From positions 8,780,134-8,844,133 of the forward strand of contig MU056262.1 of the NCBI GenBank assembly GCA_013239625.1: a stretch of 64,000 nt of DNA, in the 5' to 3' direction. The notes below the pieces were generated by a model. The model saw nothing but the letters and a program-made list of their open reading frames with translations. It was not told the origin of the DNA and ran no database searches. The stretch comes from Lama guanicoe. Taxonomy: Eukaryota. Each line of letters begins with the position of its first letter. The stretch's first letter is position 1. Below, one piece after another: positions 34,188 to 47,852 of the stretch. A program made the position numbers and the translations under genes.

Positions 34188-37100
34188 CTGTGCAGAGCAT
34201 TGGACTTGCTCAGTCTGGGTAGGGAGGCTTGGGGGGGCTTGTCAGGCATCCTCCACACAGTTCCTCCTTCCCTCCCTGGCCCCTTTCATGGTGAATCCAA
34301 ACATTACACCCATAGATTGACCAGGGCAGCACCCATGTCAAAGCCCCGAACATCCACAGATTTCCAACTGTTAATCAGCCAAGCAGCAGTGGCCTGCTGC
34401 CTCCCTTGACCCAGCAGTGACAGAGCAATTTCTGGTCAATAGTCTGCTTAGTGGTATGGTGTCCCTCACACCCTCATCCCACAGAGGACCAGGCTCAGAG
34501 AAGGATTCTGTCTTCCCCCTGCTGCTCTGCCTGCCTTTCCCCCAAATTTCTCTTCAGCCTCAGAAAACCATGTGATAATGGGCTAGTGAGGAATGGTTAT
34601 TCCAGAGAGTTCAAGGAGATGGCCTGGACTGGGTGCCCTGGCCCCTCTCAGTAGCCCACCTTAAAGAGCACCTCCTCCTTCTCCCATCCCCCAGGTAGTT
34701 CCCAGGCATCACACAGCAGGAACCAAACTGTCAGCACAGTTCCCGCTGAGGGATGGTTATTGCCCGCATGGACGTCAGCCCTGCAGTGCAATGGCTAGAC
34801 ATGCGGACTGCTGGCAGGAACAAGCACTTCCTGCCCAGGCAAATTGGATCTGCCAGGCATGAGGAGAAGCCAGGTCAGCCCAGGCCTCAGTTTCCTCCCA
34901 GGACTCACTCTTGAAACCAGCTGGGCCAGTCTTCTGTCCCAGAACCTCTCCATGTCAAGGAAGTGGTGACAGGCTCATGGCCCCGGGGGAGTTGCTTTTA
35001 CTCAGACCCTCCTGGGTACCACAAGCCATGGGGACTCTAGCTCCACAGGCTGGAGACTATTCTTCTGAGCTGGGAGTGAGAGCTAGGAGACAGGGAAGCT
35101 TTCTATGCCAAGGTCTGCCCTCCAACGTGCAGAGAACTTTCCTTCCACCACTTGTTGATGTGAGCCACTGGTTCTACTGCCCTAAGAGCAGAGGTGAGAT
35201 GGGGCCTGGGAGTCCATGAGCCCAGGCCAAGCCTAGGCAGCAGCACTGGGCAAGCTGGGCCCAGGGGAAGACCTGAGGTAACCACTGGGGTCGCAAGAAA
35301 CAAAAGTCTAGGACAGGTCAGAGAGTAAGAAGCCTGGAAGGGGAGAGTAGACCACAGCTCAGTGAATCCTAGGAGTCAGAGGGCTTGGGTGGCAGAAACA
35401 GCTGCCGATACTCCCTTGGCTTGGTGGTACTGTTTAGTCCTCTGGGACTGTCCCCAGCCACCTCCTTACCTGTGGCCAGTCAAGCTGGCTGTGTCCAAGT
35501 CTCCAGGTCTGCCCCAGTGGGGCCTGCAGTTCCTATCTGTTGGGGAAGCCACCAGCCCTCACTGAGTTGGACTGATTCCTGGAGAGGCTGACCCCAGGGT
35601 GGTGGAGGCTAGTGGAATAGGCCTGGACTCTCTTCTGGAGGCTAGGGCAGCTGAAGAAACTGGATGGCAAGACCCCAAAGGCCCAGGAACCAAGGTCACC
35701 TTCCCACCCCCACCCTGTCCCCTGGAGTCTGTCAGCCCATGGCTGCTGCACCAGCTGCCTACAGTTCCCACCCACCAGTGGGGGTCCACCTAATCTCCCA
35801 TCTGTGGCCACTGGGCTGGGACATCGCCTGACAGGCAGTCCTGGCATGGTGCCTGCGGCATTCAATCGATGTTTACAAGCTGGTGCCCAAGCAGCCCTCG
35901 CCAGTGACTCCAGTTAGAACCAGTCAGGCCCGGTGAGGGTGTGGGTAAGGCTGGGGGACAGCCACACCCCTCACCCTGCCTCAGGGCAGGGAAACCGGCA
36001 ACGGGCCAGCTGGGCAGGCAGGAGCACTAGCAGGGGAGAGGCAAAGAGAGAGACCGAGCGTGAGCACTAGCACACGCGCGCTGGCTCTCACTGCTTCACC
36101 CCCCTGCCCCCCTTGCCTCTTTGTCCCCATCTCCCTCTTTCTCTCCCTATTAGTGTGTAGATAAGGGCACTTGCTTTGCTCACAGCCAGGTGTGATGCCC
36201 AGTGCTGCCAGTGTCTAGCAAGTGGCTTCAGGTGACCCACACTACTTCTCTAAGCCCTCAGTTTCCTCACTTTACAAGTGGGGATACTGATGCCCACCTA
36301 GCTCCCAGGGCAGTCCTGAGGAGTAGAGAACTCCATAATTTTCCTACCTCTAGTCTTGTCCCTTCTAGTCCATCCTCCACATTCTGATACTGTGCCCTGT
36401 TGGAAACCTTCCTTGGCTGACCCTGCCCACAGAATAAAATTCAAACTTCTGGCCTGGCATTCAAACCCTGGGTGACTTGATCCTGTGCCTTTTTTTCCCA
36501 GACCTGTCCCCTGCTATCTATCTGGTACTTCCACAGCAAACTGCCTGCCACTTGGCCTGTGTTCCACACTTGCTTCTGTATGTGCTGTCCCCTGCCTACA
36601 CTACTACAACCTCCAGGTAGGCCCTTCACCTGCTACCAGACCCTCCCTGCACTCTGGCCCAGACCCCTGCAGGGAGACTAGAGGGCCTAGGCTCAGGTTG
36701 CCGCTATATTGGCCACCTAGCTCCAACCAGGGCAGGAGAGGAGTCTCACTGTAAAGATTCAAGAGACAGATATTCCCAGGGTTAGGTCAGCAAGGCTGCT
36801 GTGTTGGCCAGCACTATCTTCAGGCCCCCTTTAGTGCCTGCCCACTTCTAACCCATCAGAGGTCCTCACCACAGCCAGAGCCCAGTCTGCTCCAAATGTT
36901 CCTCAATGGTCCCTGGCTAGCCCCCTTTCTTGGCTTCCAGTCCTGCTTCTAAATTCTTTAGGCAGGGGCAGTACTGACCCTGGAATCCCAAGCCCTCTCT
37001 ATTTCCAGGGGCCACTAGCTTGTGCCACAGCCTGGTGGGAAGCAGAAGGTGGGTGGGGTCGAAGATGGTGGGACGTGACACTGGCTGTAGACCGAGAACC

Positions 37101-37511
37101 CGGGGGGCACACAGGGACCTGGTAATGTCTGGCTGTGCCCTTCCCCCTACCATGCTCAGGTGCCTGTCCTTGCTGGTGACAGTCCAGGTGGGGTGAGCCT
37201 GAGAGCTACAGCCTAGGTGGTGGCCCATAACCCTCCTGGATGCAGGGGGAGTGGCCATCCAGGAGCCAGCTCTGACAGACCAAGCTGTGGAACATCAGCC
37301 ACTCTTGCTGATCTTATCCGGGCCCGAGGGATGGAGAACCTGTTCCATGCAGTCTTGTGCCAGTCACAGGAGCCAGAAAGTGAGTGGATAAGCCCCGAGG
37401 ATAGGAGCCTGGTACAGCTGCATCCTGTCCCAGCACCCCACAGAAATCACCAGCCCACCACGCCCATGGCCCTACCCACTTCCTTCACGCCCGCTGGGTT
37501 GGGGGGGCTAC

Positions 37512-37591
37512 CTTGTAGAGAGTGTTGCGGATGATCTCGATGTTCATCTCATCAAGGTCCTGTTCTGAGATGCAGTCCTGGAAAAAAGCCG
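37512..37591 (-). CDS. ATP6V0D1: ATP6V0D1 exon 4 ([27 protein letters not shown])
   Basis: 80 nt. Acceptor ccctag|, donor AAG|gtagcc. Confidence 0.97.
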
Positions 37592-38969
37592 CTAGGGAGG
37601 AAAGACCAGGCTGTGACGAGTGGGCAAGTGGACTTAGCCTAGGCAACAATCCTGCTGTTGTTCAACCACAGCTGCAGGGCACAGAGGATCCCTGCTACAA
37701 GGCCCATCTGACTGGGTACGGGCGGGCCCCCAACCCAGCCTGGACTATTGCCTTAGAAGTGGCAGAAGCAATACTCCAGGCCATGTGCACTGACCTGAGC
37801 TTCTCTTGCTTTCTCGCTCCTAAAATTGATTTATAAAAGAGGCGGCCAGCCACAACATGATCTAATCACCTCTGGGGCAGACCCAAGCTCAGACCATGCC
37901 AAAGAAAGGCTTGCATAAGAGGCTGTGACATCCTCCCTTCTCGAGGGACAGCTGTGGATTCGGGGCCTGACGCCCACTTCTCTGCATCTCCCAGGAGGGC
38001 CTGGGGCCCACATCTGAAAAACTATCCTTCTCTTAGGACAAGGAATGAGTATGAAAGCTGGGTGAGCATGGACCAGTGACCCCCGGTGTCACTGTAGGGC
38101 TGGAATTAGAGACCAGAGCAGGATAGATTCCCCCTGATCCCAAGGGGGCCCATGGACTCACTGGTCTGTTTCTTCTTTACTGATGGCGAAACTGAAGATG
38201 CCACAAACAGCCCAGAATTAGCTCAGAGTTATTGTGCGAGTTTATGGCAGGTAAGACCAGCAGGTAGGGCTCAGGCCTCTTAGTGCAGGACCAAGTGCAG
38301 CTTATGGCCCAGTAACTCAACCCTGGCGACTTCCTGGAGGTGGTGCCTGGGGACTAGGACTCTGGCCATGAGGGCATTAGCTGGTAACTGCCTTACTGGC
38401 TTCTCCCCAGTCTCCTTCCAAGGCAAGTAGGAGCCAGTGCTGCCTAGGCGGAGCCATGCAGGAAGCTCCCAGTTTCTCTTCCTTCCTTGGCCTCTGACAT
38501 AAAGTCTGCATCCTGCCGGACACTGCCTGACTTGGCCCCTGGGACCTGCTCAGTGGAGGCAAGTGAAACTGTTTGCTTCTCCTTTGCCTCATGGGCAGCC
38601 AACCACTCCAGTCCAGCTTAGGCCCACAGTCTGTTAGAGCTCCCAAGACTCCAAGGGACATAGGCCCCTGTTTCTACTATCCGTGAACTCAGCCCTGCTC
38701 TGCATTCTGAGAAATCAACCAGTTTCACAAAGTTAAATGGTCCGAGTCAGCCTGCTTGGCCCAGCAAAAGCAATATGAAGGGAATAGAAGGCAGGGTAAA
38801 GAGGAGAGAACGGGAGGCGAAGTGGAAGGAAAGAGAAAGGTAAACAGCAGTGGGCAGGCCTCGCTTTCTAGCTCAGGGCCGCCTGCCAGGGGTCTGCAAA
38901 CCCCACAGAGAGGCTCTGATACTGATGCCACTGCCCATGCCTCCTCCCTCCTCCACCACGGCAGCTCAC

Positions 38970-39148
38970 CCAGGGGCGTGTCCACCAGAATGGCATTGTA
39001 GAGCTCAGCGGGTGTCTGTGCGATGTTCACGGCCTCCATCTGCTCAAAGCTGCCTAGTGGGTGGCACTTGGGCACAAGCTCGGAGATAGAGCGCTGGTGC
39101 AGCGTGCCCGTGATGAGCAGGATTACGTTGTCAATCATGTAGCTGTAA
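38970..39148 (-). CDS. ATP6V0D1: ATP6V0D1 exon 3 ([59 protein letters not shown])
   Basis: 179 nt, inside ORF 38725..39216(-). Acceptor cccgcag|, donor G|gtgagc. Confidence 0.97.
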
Positions 39149-42100
39149 CTGCGGGAGGCAACAACAGCAGGGCAACCCTTGAGTGGAGCTGTGGGAGTCC
39201 TGGCATAGCACCACACCCCTGCCCCAAACCCACACAGACCACCAACCCCTCAATGGTGAGCTATGCCTCAGGGACCTCTCCCTCCCCAAGTGTGCCCGTC
39301 CGCTGGCATCAGGAGCACAGGATAGACATGGCACCTCCCTAGTGGTCAAGGTGGGGCAGAATTCATGCCCCACAAGTGATCAGGAAAAAGGGAGTAAATA
39401 CCCCCACAGCTGTGCACAGTGGCAGGACACAGGCAGCAGAGGCACACAGAGGTATGTCCCCCAGGCCCTGGGGGACAAGAGGACTAGGAGATGAAGGTGT
39501 GTTCTGGGTAGAGGGAATAGTGTGTGCAAAGACCTGGAGGCATCTGCTGAATGGCAGACGCATTCGAGGGAACTGAGCATGGTCTGGGTTGGCAGAGAGA
39601 AGGGAACCGGGGCAGTGCTGCCAGCAGACTGGAGCCTGGAGGCAGGTCCTGTGGGCCCGACTGAGGGTCCCAACTTCTTTTTGAGCGTGAGAGGTCCATA
39701 TGCAAGGTATAAACAAGGAGTATCACAGCCCAGTTAGGGTCACGCTGGCTGCTGGGTGGGGACAGAGAGGGAGGGGGAGACAGAAAGAAGAGGAGTGGGG
39801 TAAGAAGCTGCTCTAGGGAAGGCCAGAGAGGACCCAATGGGAAGGTCCCTCTGGAGTAAGGACCCAGGTCAGGCTGAGATGAGTAGGCAGACAGTTGCCC
39901 TGTGCAGCCCACACCAAAAACAGGGCACTGCCTCCACCTTTAGGGCCTGAGGCCCGGGCCAGACATCCACCCAGGAATTCTGGGAGGAGACCCAGAGAAC
40001 TGGACGGGATCCTGGGCTCAGAGGTCCCCTCTGGCACAAGAGGACAGCTCTGCATGGTGCATAGGCAGCAGTGGGGGGGCTGTGGAGCCGGGAAGGGCTG
40101 GGGCTGCCCAGTTCACACTTGACAAGGGGCAAGCCCTACCTCCATCCATTAAGACAATGCCTCAAAGGAGCTGGGGTTGAGTTCTGTGTAGTCACCTGTG
40201 TGGAGATGGGGTGAAAAGGGAGAGAGGGCCCCAGGCCACAGTCATGCTACAGTAGCCATAGTGTTCCACCAGCATGTCACCAGTGATGAAATCCGGTATA
40301 AGGCAGCTGGATGAGGCCCGGGGAAAAGAGCTTCAAGACCAGAGCGAGACACCCATTGAAGGGTATGAGTTGGGCTGGAGGCTGCTCCCTGAACTGGGCA
40401 CTGAGCACAGCCCTGCCATAGCTTCTGGGTGGGCCACAGCTAGGCCTCAACTTAGAGGGCTGGTGATTGGGGGAGCTCCCACAGGGCCCGCTAGGAAGAC
40501 AGCAAGAGGAAGAAGCCACAGTTCCTGTCCTGGCCTGACCCCTACACTCCCACCCCCACCCTCGTCCCCACTGCTTGCTGCATACTCCCCAAGTTCACAC
40601 CCAGACCAGCACCCTGCTATGACCTCTGCTCTCCTGGGTTTGGGCCCAGGCAGCTGCCCTCTCTCCACCTCCAATCTGGCTCAGTCAACTACAGGATGTG
40701 TGCTGAGAAGGGACAAGCCCGCCTTCTCAAACTGAGGACTTCAGGCAGGGCCCATTTGCAGCCGCAAGCCAAGGGGCCCAAATGGCCACCCTTTCACCCC
40801 CGAACTGACAGAGCTGGGAGAGCAGAGGGACCTCAGAGAGAGTCCGCCAGAGCTTGTGCCTTGGTCTCCAACACCAGCCTGCACTGTCTCTACCCTCGGT
40901 AGCACATCCCTCTTGACCATGACTCCTCTAGAATCTTATGTACCCCAGGACCTGCTATATGTCACCTCTCATAACACTCCACTCGTACCCCATTCAGCCC
41001 CACTCCAGCACTGAGACAGCCACAAAGACTTGACCCCTGAACCTGAAGGATACTCTTTTATATTCTCACAAGACTTTGGATGGTAAGGGGAGCAGGAGGA
41101 GAACACTATATATTACAGCTGTACTATCCAACTGATCACAACCACCTGCATAACCAGCCCCACTGTCAGAGGATTCAAGGCACAGAGCGTGCAGGCCCCA
41201 GGCCCTGCAACACCATAAAGCAGAGGAGTACTGTGTCCCCTTGGCCAGTGTCCTCACACCTCCACCCACATCCAGGTCCCCATGCCCTGACTCAACATTC
41301 CTCATCCAGCCTTGTCTTCTCAGAGGGATCCCCACAAGTCCATTTCCTTTTTCTAAACCTCATCACTCCTTGCACCACAGGGTATTCGCTTATGTTGGAG
41401 GGGAGGGTTGGGGTCAGGGCCCAAGGGAGGTGCCTAGGCCCTCCTCAGAGTCCCAACCAGCCTCGGAGGAGAGCCCTGTGGGACGACTCCACTGTCTGGC
41501 TTTGCTGCTGTCCCTCCAGTGATGTGGAACAGGCCAGCTATGATTCACTTTTTTAGCCCTGACAGCAGATGTGGGGGCTGGTGGTAGCACCCCCTTGGCT
41601 GTCCCCAGACTCTCCTGCTAGAAGTCCTGGCTGAGCACCAAGGGAAATGCTAAGCCAAGTAAAGCTCCCCAGCCCCTTGCGAGGCCTCCTTCTAACCCAG
41701 GCTAGGCCAGCCTTGGATGATCCCGTGCCAGGCTCAGCACCTCCCTCCCCCTGGGTCAACTACAAGGTTGCTACGGTTGCAGCCCCTATTTTTCTCCCTT
41801 GCCCAATGAGAGCTAGAATCTCCTTTCCTGGGATGAAAGGAGGCAGAGCATGGCAGAGATGATGCTGGCCCAGCTATCTGCTTTTCTCCCAAGGCAAAGG
41901 CCTGCAGCAGGCAGGGAAATCCTCATTCTCCTTGCCTGGCTTCAGCAGCTGCCTCCCTGCCCCCAGAAAGCCACTCCACCAGTCCTCCCCTCATTTGGCC
42001 TTAATAGGAGAGAATGAGGTTCCAGCTGGTCAGCATCTCCCTCCAGAGGAAGACAGCTGGGGAGTGGACAGGCGTCTGCCCGCCAGGACAAAGAGGCCCT

Positions 42101-42276
42101 CGTGGGGTGGGAGTGGGGCAGTTTGTATTCCTCTGCCCAGAGGCCCACACTCACTCTGTGCCTTCAAGACTCGGCTTGGGCCCACAAAAGTCTCGGGTCA
42201 GAGTTTAGAAAGCCACTTCCTCCAAGAAGTCTTCAGAGCCCCTAGCCAAGCCCCATCCCTCTGCCTGTGCCCTTTG

Positions 42277-42290
42277 GCGCCACCTGCTGG
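42277..42290 (-). promoter_or_regulatory. Candidate CTCF site CCAGCAGGTGGCGC
   Basis: Exact match to the CTCF core consensus CCASYAGRKGGCRS. Occupancy is unknown. Confidence 0.55.
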
Positions 42291-44409
42291 AGCATCATGG
42301 CTTGCTTCCATGTTCTCACCTTGGCCCTGAGGGCCGGGCCTGACGCTGGTTAGGAGGCCATGACGACTAGGTACCCCTGCCAGTCTGCCCATCTACAGCC
42401 CCCAGCAGGAGCTGCTAGTAACTGCACACTAGTAACTGCACCTGTGTTCAGTCATATCTGAGTCCTGCAGAGCCATGCCTGGGTGGAAGGGAAAGAGAGA
42501 TATCAAGCTATGGCTTAGGCTCATGACCTGTCAAGCTTCAGTTTTCCGTCTGCAGTCAGGATGACTGAAATACAGCCCATAGCAGAGCTAGTGAGGCCCT
42601 GACCTACTCCTCATTAAAATCCTGCCCCTCTCCAGAGGTCCAGTTGGGTCTTCCCATGTGACCTGAACCTTTTGGGCCTCAAAGATTTCTTGTGTGAGCT
42701 CCTTCAGGCTCAGGGGAACAGTGTCAGTGCTGGCTTTCCCAGGAGTCAGGTCTAGCCCAGGACCCAGAAACTACAGCAGGCTGGAGACCCAGCCTAGAAA
42801 GACCCTGCCATCAATCCAGAAATAGTGGTTGTGGACTGCAAGAGCTAGAGGGTCAGGATAGGGAGGCCTAAGGATACCAGATGCCCTCTGTGACCCAGCA
42901 GGGCCCAAGGTTTGAGCAATGTGACCTGGGAGTGTGGTAGGTGTGCTGACAAGCCCAGTGGGCACTTGAGGCCATGGTCCTGGGACAAAGCTTCTTTCCA
43001 GCTGCCCACTCCAGGCTGGCGGCACTGAGGCTCCTGGCACAGGAGAATATGAGACCTCACCTCCCCCAGATGGTGCAGGTCACCATGCCCAAGTTCTGCA
43101 GGGCTGCAGGCAGGTGCTGCACACATGGACATGGCCCCCACTGGGGAAGTTCACTCATCTAAGGACAAAGGCCTTTGGAGCCCACCTGGGAATCCCCAGA
43201 GACCACACTTAGTTCTCCCAGCTTCCCTTCTGGGGCCTACTCTCCTATGGGAAGCCATCATGGGATGGCCCAGATCAAGGTCCCCTGCAACGCCAAAAAA
43301 CTCTAATAAGAGGCTCTATCCACATCACACAGCAAGTGAATGGCTGGGCCTGGAAGGAGCCCTCAGTACAGTGACATATTACATGTTATTACCATGATAT
43401 TGAGCTGAATCATCTCAAAACCACACGACTGATGACAGTCTACTTCTGGGGGACCTCTCTTACTCAGGGCCTGTCTGCCCCACACAAGGACGCTACCTCC
43501 ACTCTGGCCACCCACTCCCTGAGTGGCCCCTCTAACTCCATCTGACCCTGGAGTCCTCTGGCTCCTGGGACCCCTGGCTCCATTTATGGCACCTGCCCAC
43601 AGGCCTCCCCAGGAGCTACCTGCACCGGCACTGGCACCCACCCTATCGCATCCATACATCTCCCTCCCTTCTGGCACTGAGCCTGGCCCAGAGCTGACAC
43701 TGGTCATGTGTGTACGTTGGCTGAAGGCTGGCTGGGATCTACAAAACCACTGGACACTGTCTCTCATCATGGAAGGGCAGGGGAGGCCTTGACCAGCTTC
43801 TGTTTGTACAACTTCAGTGACGAGGATCTCACTGCCTCCTGCAGAAGACTGTTCCAGCCATCCTGGGGCAGCTCTGAAGGCAACTAAGAGACTCTGAGGG
43901 CTGGAGCTAAGGTAACCTCTGCAGTGGTCCCAGCCTCTGCCCCAGCTGGGCTGGCTTTGTCTGTGGGCAGCAATGGCGTTGTTCCCTCAAGTCCCCACAC
44001 CGGGATGGGGTATCTAGCTGACACGTCCACCACCTGGGGGATGGCACTCTCCTCACTGGTAACATTCCTCTGGATATCACTAGGGTATCATTCTCCTTCC
44101 CATTGGGTCACAGAACAGGGTCTCCATGTTCCAGCTGCTTAGGACACATATGGTTCCCTCAACCTAGGGCTGCCCTCTCCCAATTCTTCCTTCAGACGGT
44201 CCTCCCCTCAGTCAAATAGCCGCCTCCTCAGGGAAGCCAGCCGTGAGGCCCCAGCCTGGGGAGGTCCCCTGGACAGTCCCCTATGGAAGACTTCACCCCT
44301 TTCTTCAACACTCCTTACTCCTAGGATGACCCAGCATGGAGGAGGTAGAAGAGGTGAAGAAGGAGGAGGAAGAGGAGGAGGAGCCACCAGGGAGGCAGGA
44401 GTTAAATCA

Positions 44410-45093
44410 GACAGACATCATGAGGGAGTAGAAGGACCACGAACTCACCTCTCCTTGCAACTACAACAAAACCATAACCAATTTCTGAACAGCCACTGAG
44501 AAAAAAGGAGTCTAACAAAAAGGATCTGCTTCAACTGGAAACAATGAAACAGAACCACAACAGGAAGGTAGGAGGGGTGAGCTCACGATAAAGTCAGGCC
44601 CCATACCCTCTGGGTGGGCAACCCACAAGCTGAAGAACAATTAAGTCATAGAGGAGCTCCCACAGGAATGAAAGTTCTGAGCCCCACGTCAGACTCCCAG
44701 GACCAGGGTTCCAGCAGTGGGAGGAGGAGACCCCAGGACATCTGGTTTTGAAGGCCAGTGGGGCTTAACTTCAGGAGCCCCACAGGCCTGAGAGACAGAG
44801 ACTTAACTCTCTTGGGAGACACGCACAGGATCACAAGTGCACCAGGTCCAGCGGCAGAGACAGTGATTGCATAGGAAACTGGGCCAGACCAGCCTGCTGG
44901 TTTTAGAAGTTCTCCTGCGAGTTAGGAGACTGCTGCAGTTTACCCAGGGGACATAGAAGCTGGTGACAGACATTCTGGGAGTATTCATCTGCATGAGCTT
45001 CCCTGGAGGCTGACATCTTGATTGGATTAATAACACCAAGACCCAGCCCCACCCAACAGCCTGTAGGCTTAAGGGCTGGGAACCCTCAGGCCA
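44410..45093 (+). mobile_element. L1 5'UTR-like fragment (laurasiatherian/artiodactyl L1 5' end)
   Basis: Motifs gggtgggcaacccacaagctg, gttctgagccccacgtcag, ggttttgaaggccagtggggctt and cccagccccacccaacagcctgtaggct match L1 5' ends as recalled. Confidence 0.6.
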
Positions 45094-47852
45094 GAGAGAC
45101 ACTGTGAGAGGAAGGAGATGGCTGGAAGGAGGTAACAGGGGTGTGGCTCCTAATTAAGCCTGGAGACCTTGGCCACATGAAGGTCAGTGGTGACCTTAGC
45201 CAGGGCCCTGTGGTAGAGTGATTGGATGGCTGGAAGCTGACTGGAGGCTTGAAGGACAGAGGAGTTGAGAGAACAGAGTGAATGTAAAAGTTTAAGCCAT
45301 ACCAGATGCGTTTTTAATGGTGTGAGAGATCTGAGCTTGTTTAGATCTGGAAGGGAAGGAGCTGCACAGACAGGAGTGCAGATACGTGGCCACTCAGGGT
45401 CCAGGGAGTGGGGTGAGGGGACTCAGGATATTGGCAGAAGGTCCCAAGAGGAGGGTGACTCTGCCATTGAACGAGGTTGAGGGTGGTACAGATGCAGTGC
45501 TGGGAGGCAGACTGGCTTCTACAGTCTCTGTGGAGGAAAATGTGGGCCATCTACCTTGAGAGCACACTGAGGGCAGGAGACAGATGATGTTTAAGATGCG
45601 GAGGTGGTCTTCCCACCCTCGGTGGGGCGCTCTATGGTGCTAAGTAGGGAGAACAAGTGGCCCGCCCGGTAGGGACAAGCCAAAGCCAACTGAACTGGTG
45701 AGCATGCATGCCTGGCAGCAGGGAATATCCACCCAACACTGGCTTCCCCGGCTTTGCTCCCAGCCGTGGAGGTGGGGGAGGGCGCCTCCAGGCTGGAGGT
45801 TGCTGGGCTTCCTCCAGGGCTGGGGAGCTGCCAGCTGGGCGGGACCATGAGATGGGCGGCCAAGAGAGCTGCGGATGTTGGCAGACAGTGCTTGAGTGAT
45901 GGACCAGGGAACCTCAGCTGGGGAGGGAGGAGAATGAAGACAGAAGGGGCGGCAGAGGAGGAAGCAAGGTCCAGAGTCCTGCTGAGTCCGGAACCCGTGT
46001 CCCACAAGGGACTGAGAGTGGGCTGGGAGGCCTGAGGCTGTGGGTAGAGAGGGGGTGCCTGACTCAGCGATATCAGGGGTGGAACAGTTCCAGGTGATGA
46101 CATGGTCTTGGGCAGCCATCGATGGGGGTGGCTGAGGCAGAGAGCAGAGGAGCAGGTCACTGGAGATGACAAGGTCGTGGAACGAGCAGCCACAGGCTTA
46201 GACAGGCTGACACGTGGCTGCTGCGCACTTTCTGAGAGAGAGCAGGAGTGAGGGGATGGGTAGACTGTGAGCTACAATCGCCCGTGAATGGAAGGGGCGG
46301 GGAAGTGAAAGCCGGCCACAGAATAGCACTTGGCTGCTTCAAGCATGCTTGGTGCTTGCCGCCAACCTCCAGCAAAGAGCTGGCAGCTGTGTGGCCTCAG
46401 TCACGCTCAGAGCCCTCTCCAGTTTCATGGCCTGGCAGGCTAAGACCAAGTCGCTGAGGGCACCAAGACAGGCCAGGGGCTGGCTGCACAGGCAGGTGGC
46501 CAAGTGGGCAGCAGGAGGGATGACATCTGCCCTCCAGTCACTGGCATAGGGCTGGCCTCCTCTGTCCAGCCTAGCTGGCAAGGCCAGAACATTCACCAGG
46601 AAGCTGAAGGAGCCTTGTGCAAACAAGATCAAGGCCGGGCTCTGGCAATAAACGGACTGCTTCCTGGTATGTCCTTCAGCTCTGGCCTTGGGGTAAGGGA
46701 CACACAGGCCCAGGCTAGGGGTTGGCTGACAGACAGGTGCTACAGTGTGACCCCCGCCCCAGTGCAGCAGCAAGAGACATACTGCATCTGTGGCTTCTGC
46801 CCCAGCAGGACCATGTTGTTATGCTTTGACCGGGGCCAGGGCAATGTGATTATAGATCCAGCCAGGACAGCAGGGAGGCCCTTGGGAAGGAGGCCTGTGG
46901 CCAGGAGAGAGCCTGCTTCCTAGCCTGAGTCCTTCAGGTGTCCCAGCCTGTGGCCCCCGTCCAAATTCTGGTTGTAGCCCCTACCTGAGCAAGTGGATCT
47001 CAAGTAAATGGCTGCTCCTGGCTGGGGTGGGAAGCAGGCCAGGCAGCAGGCAACCAGCTCTATCCCTGCAAGGATAAGTAGGGCAGGTGTGCCAGACCCC
47101 AAGGAGGAAGGTGGGGGTGCTGCCATCAGGGAGTGGTCAAAGCTAGACAATACCCAGTAGAGGACCCATAAACACTTCCCCACGACACACTCTCACACTC
47201 CAACAACGCAGAGCACGCTTGTGTAAGCCAGTCACGGTCATGCCTCTGTCCACTACCTCTGCAGGCCAGCCACCTTGGCAACAGCCAGCTCTTTGTCCAC
47301 CAGGCCCTGGCTCATGGCTCCTGGGCCATGATGGCAGAAGGGGCCTCTCTACATCCGTGTTTCCATAGGCACACCTGGGAAGCAGAGATTGCCTCATTCA
47401 AGTGCCCGCCTCAGCCTCCAGGTCCCAGGGTTCTTTCCCCTGCTCAGCTTTTCCAGAAGGTTAGTGGAGGCAAGGCTGCACCCAAGGGTTAGACAGTGAG
47501 AAAGCTGGGAAGATAAGGGTCAAAAGTATGGGGGCCTGGCCCAGAACTGGGAAAGGCAGCCAGGTGTTCAGCACCCTCCTTGCCCCACTTCTCCCTGAGA
47601 CCCAGGGGCCATGGTCAGAGATGACAGATGGGCCTCAGCCCAGACAGCGCCAAAGGGCCTGAGAGGTCCATCCCAAGAACTTAGCTCTTCAGAGCTCTGC
47701 CCACCCCCTGACCCCATCATGGGAGGTAGGGGCCTGATGAGTGTTCAGTGTGAGTGCTTTAGCGAGAATGAGGGAAAGGGCTCCTGTCATCCCTGGTCTC
47801 CCCACCCCAATCTCTGTAACACCAGAGGTGCAAGGAAAGGGGCTTCACCCAA

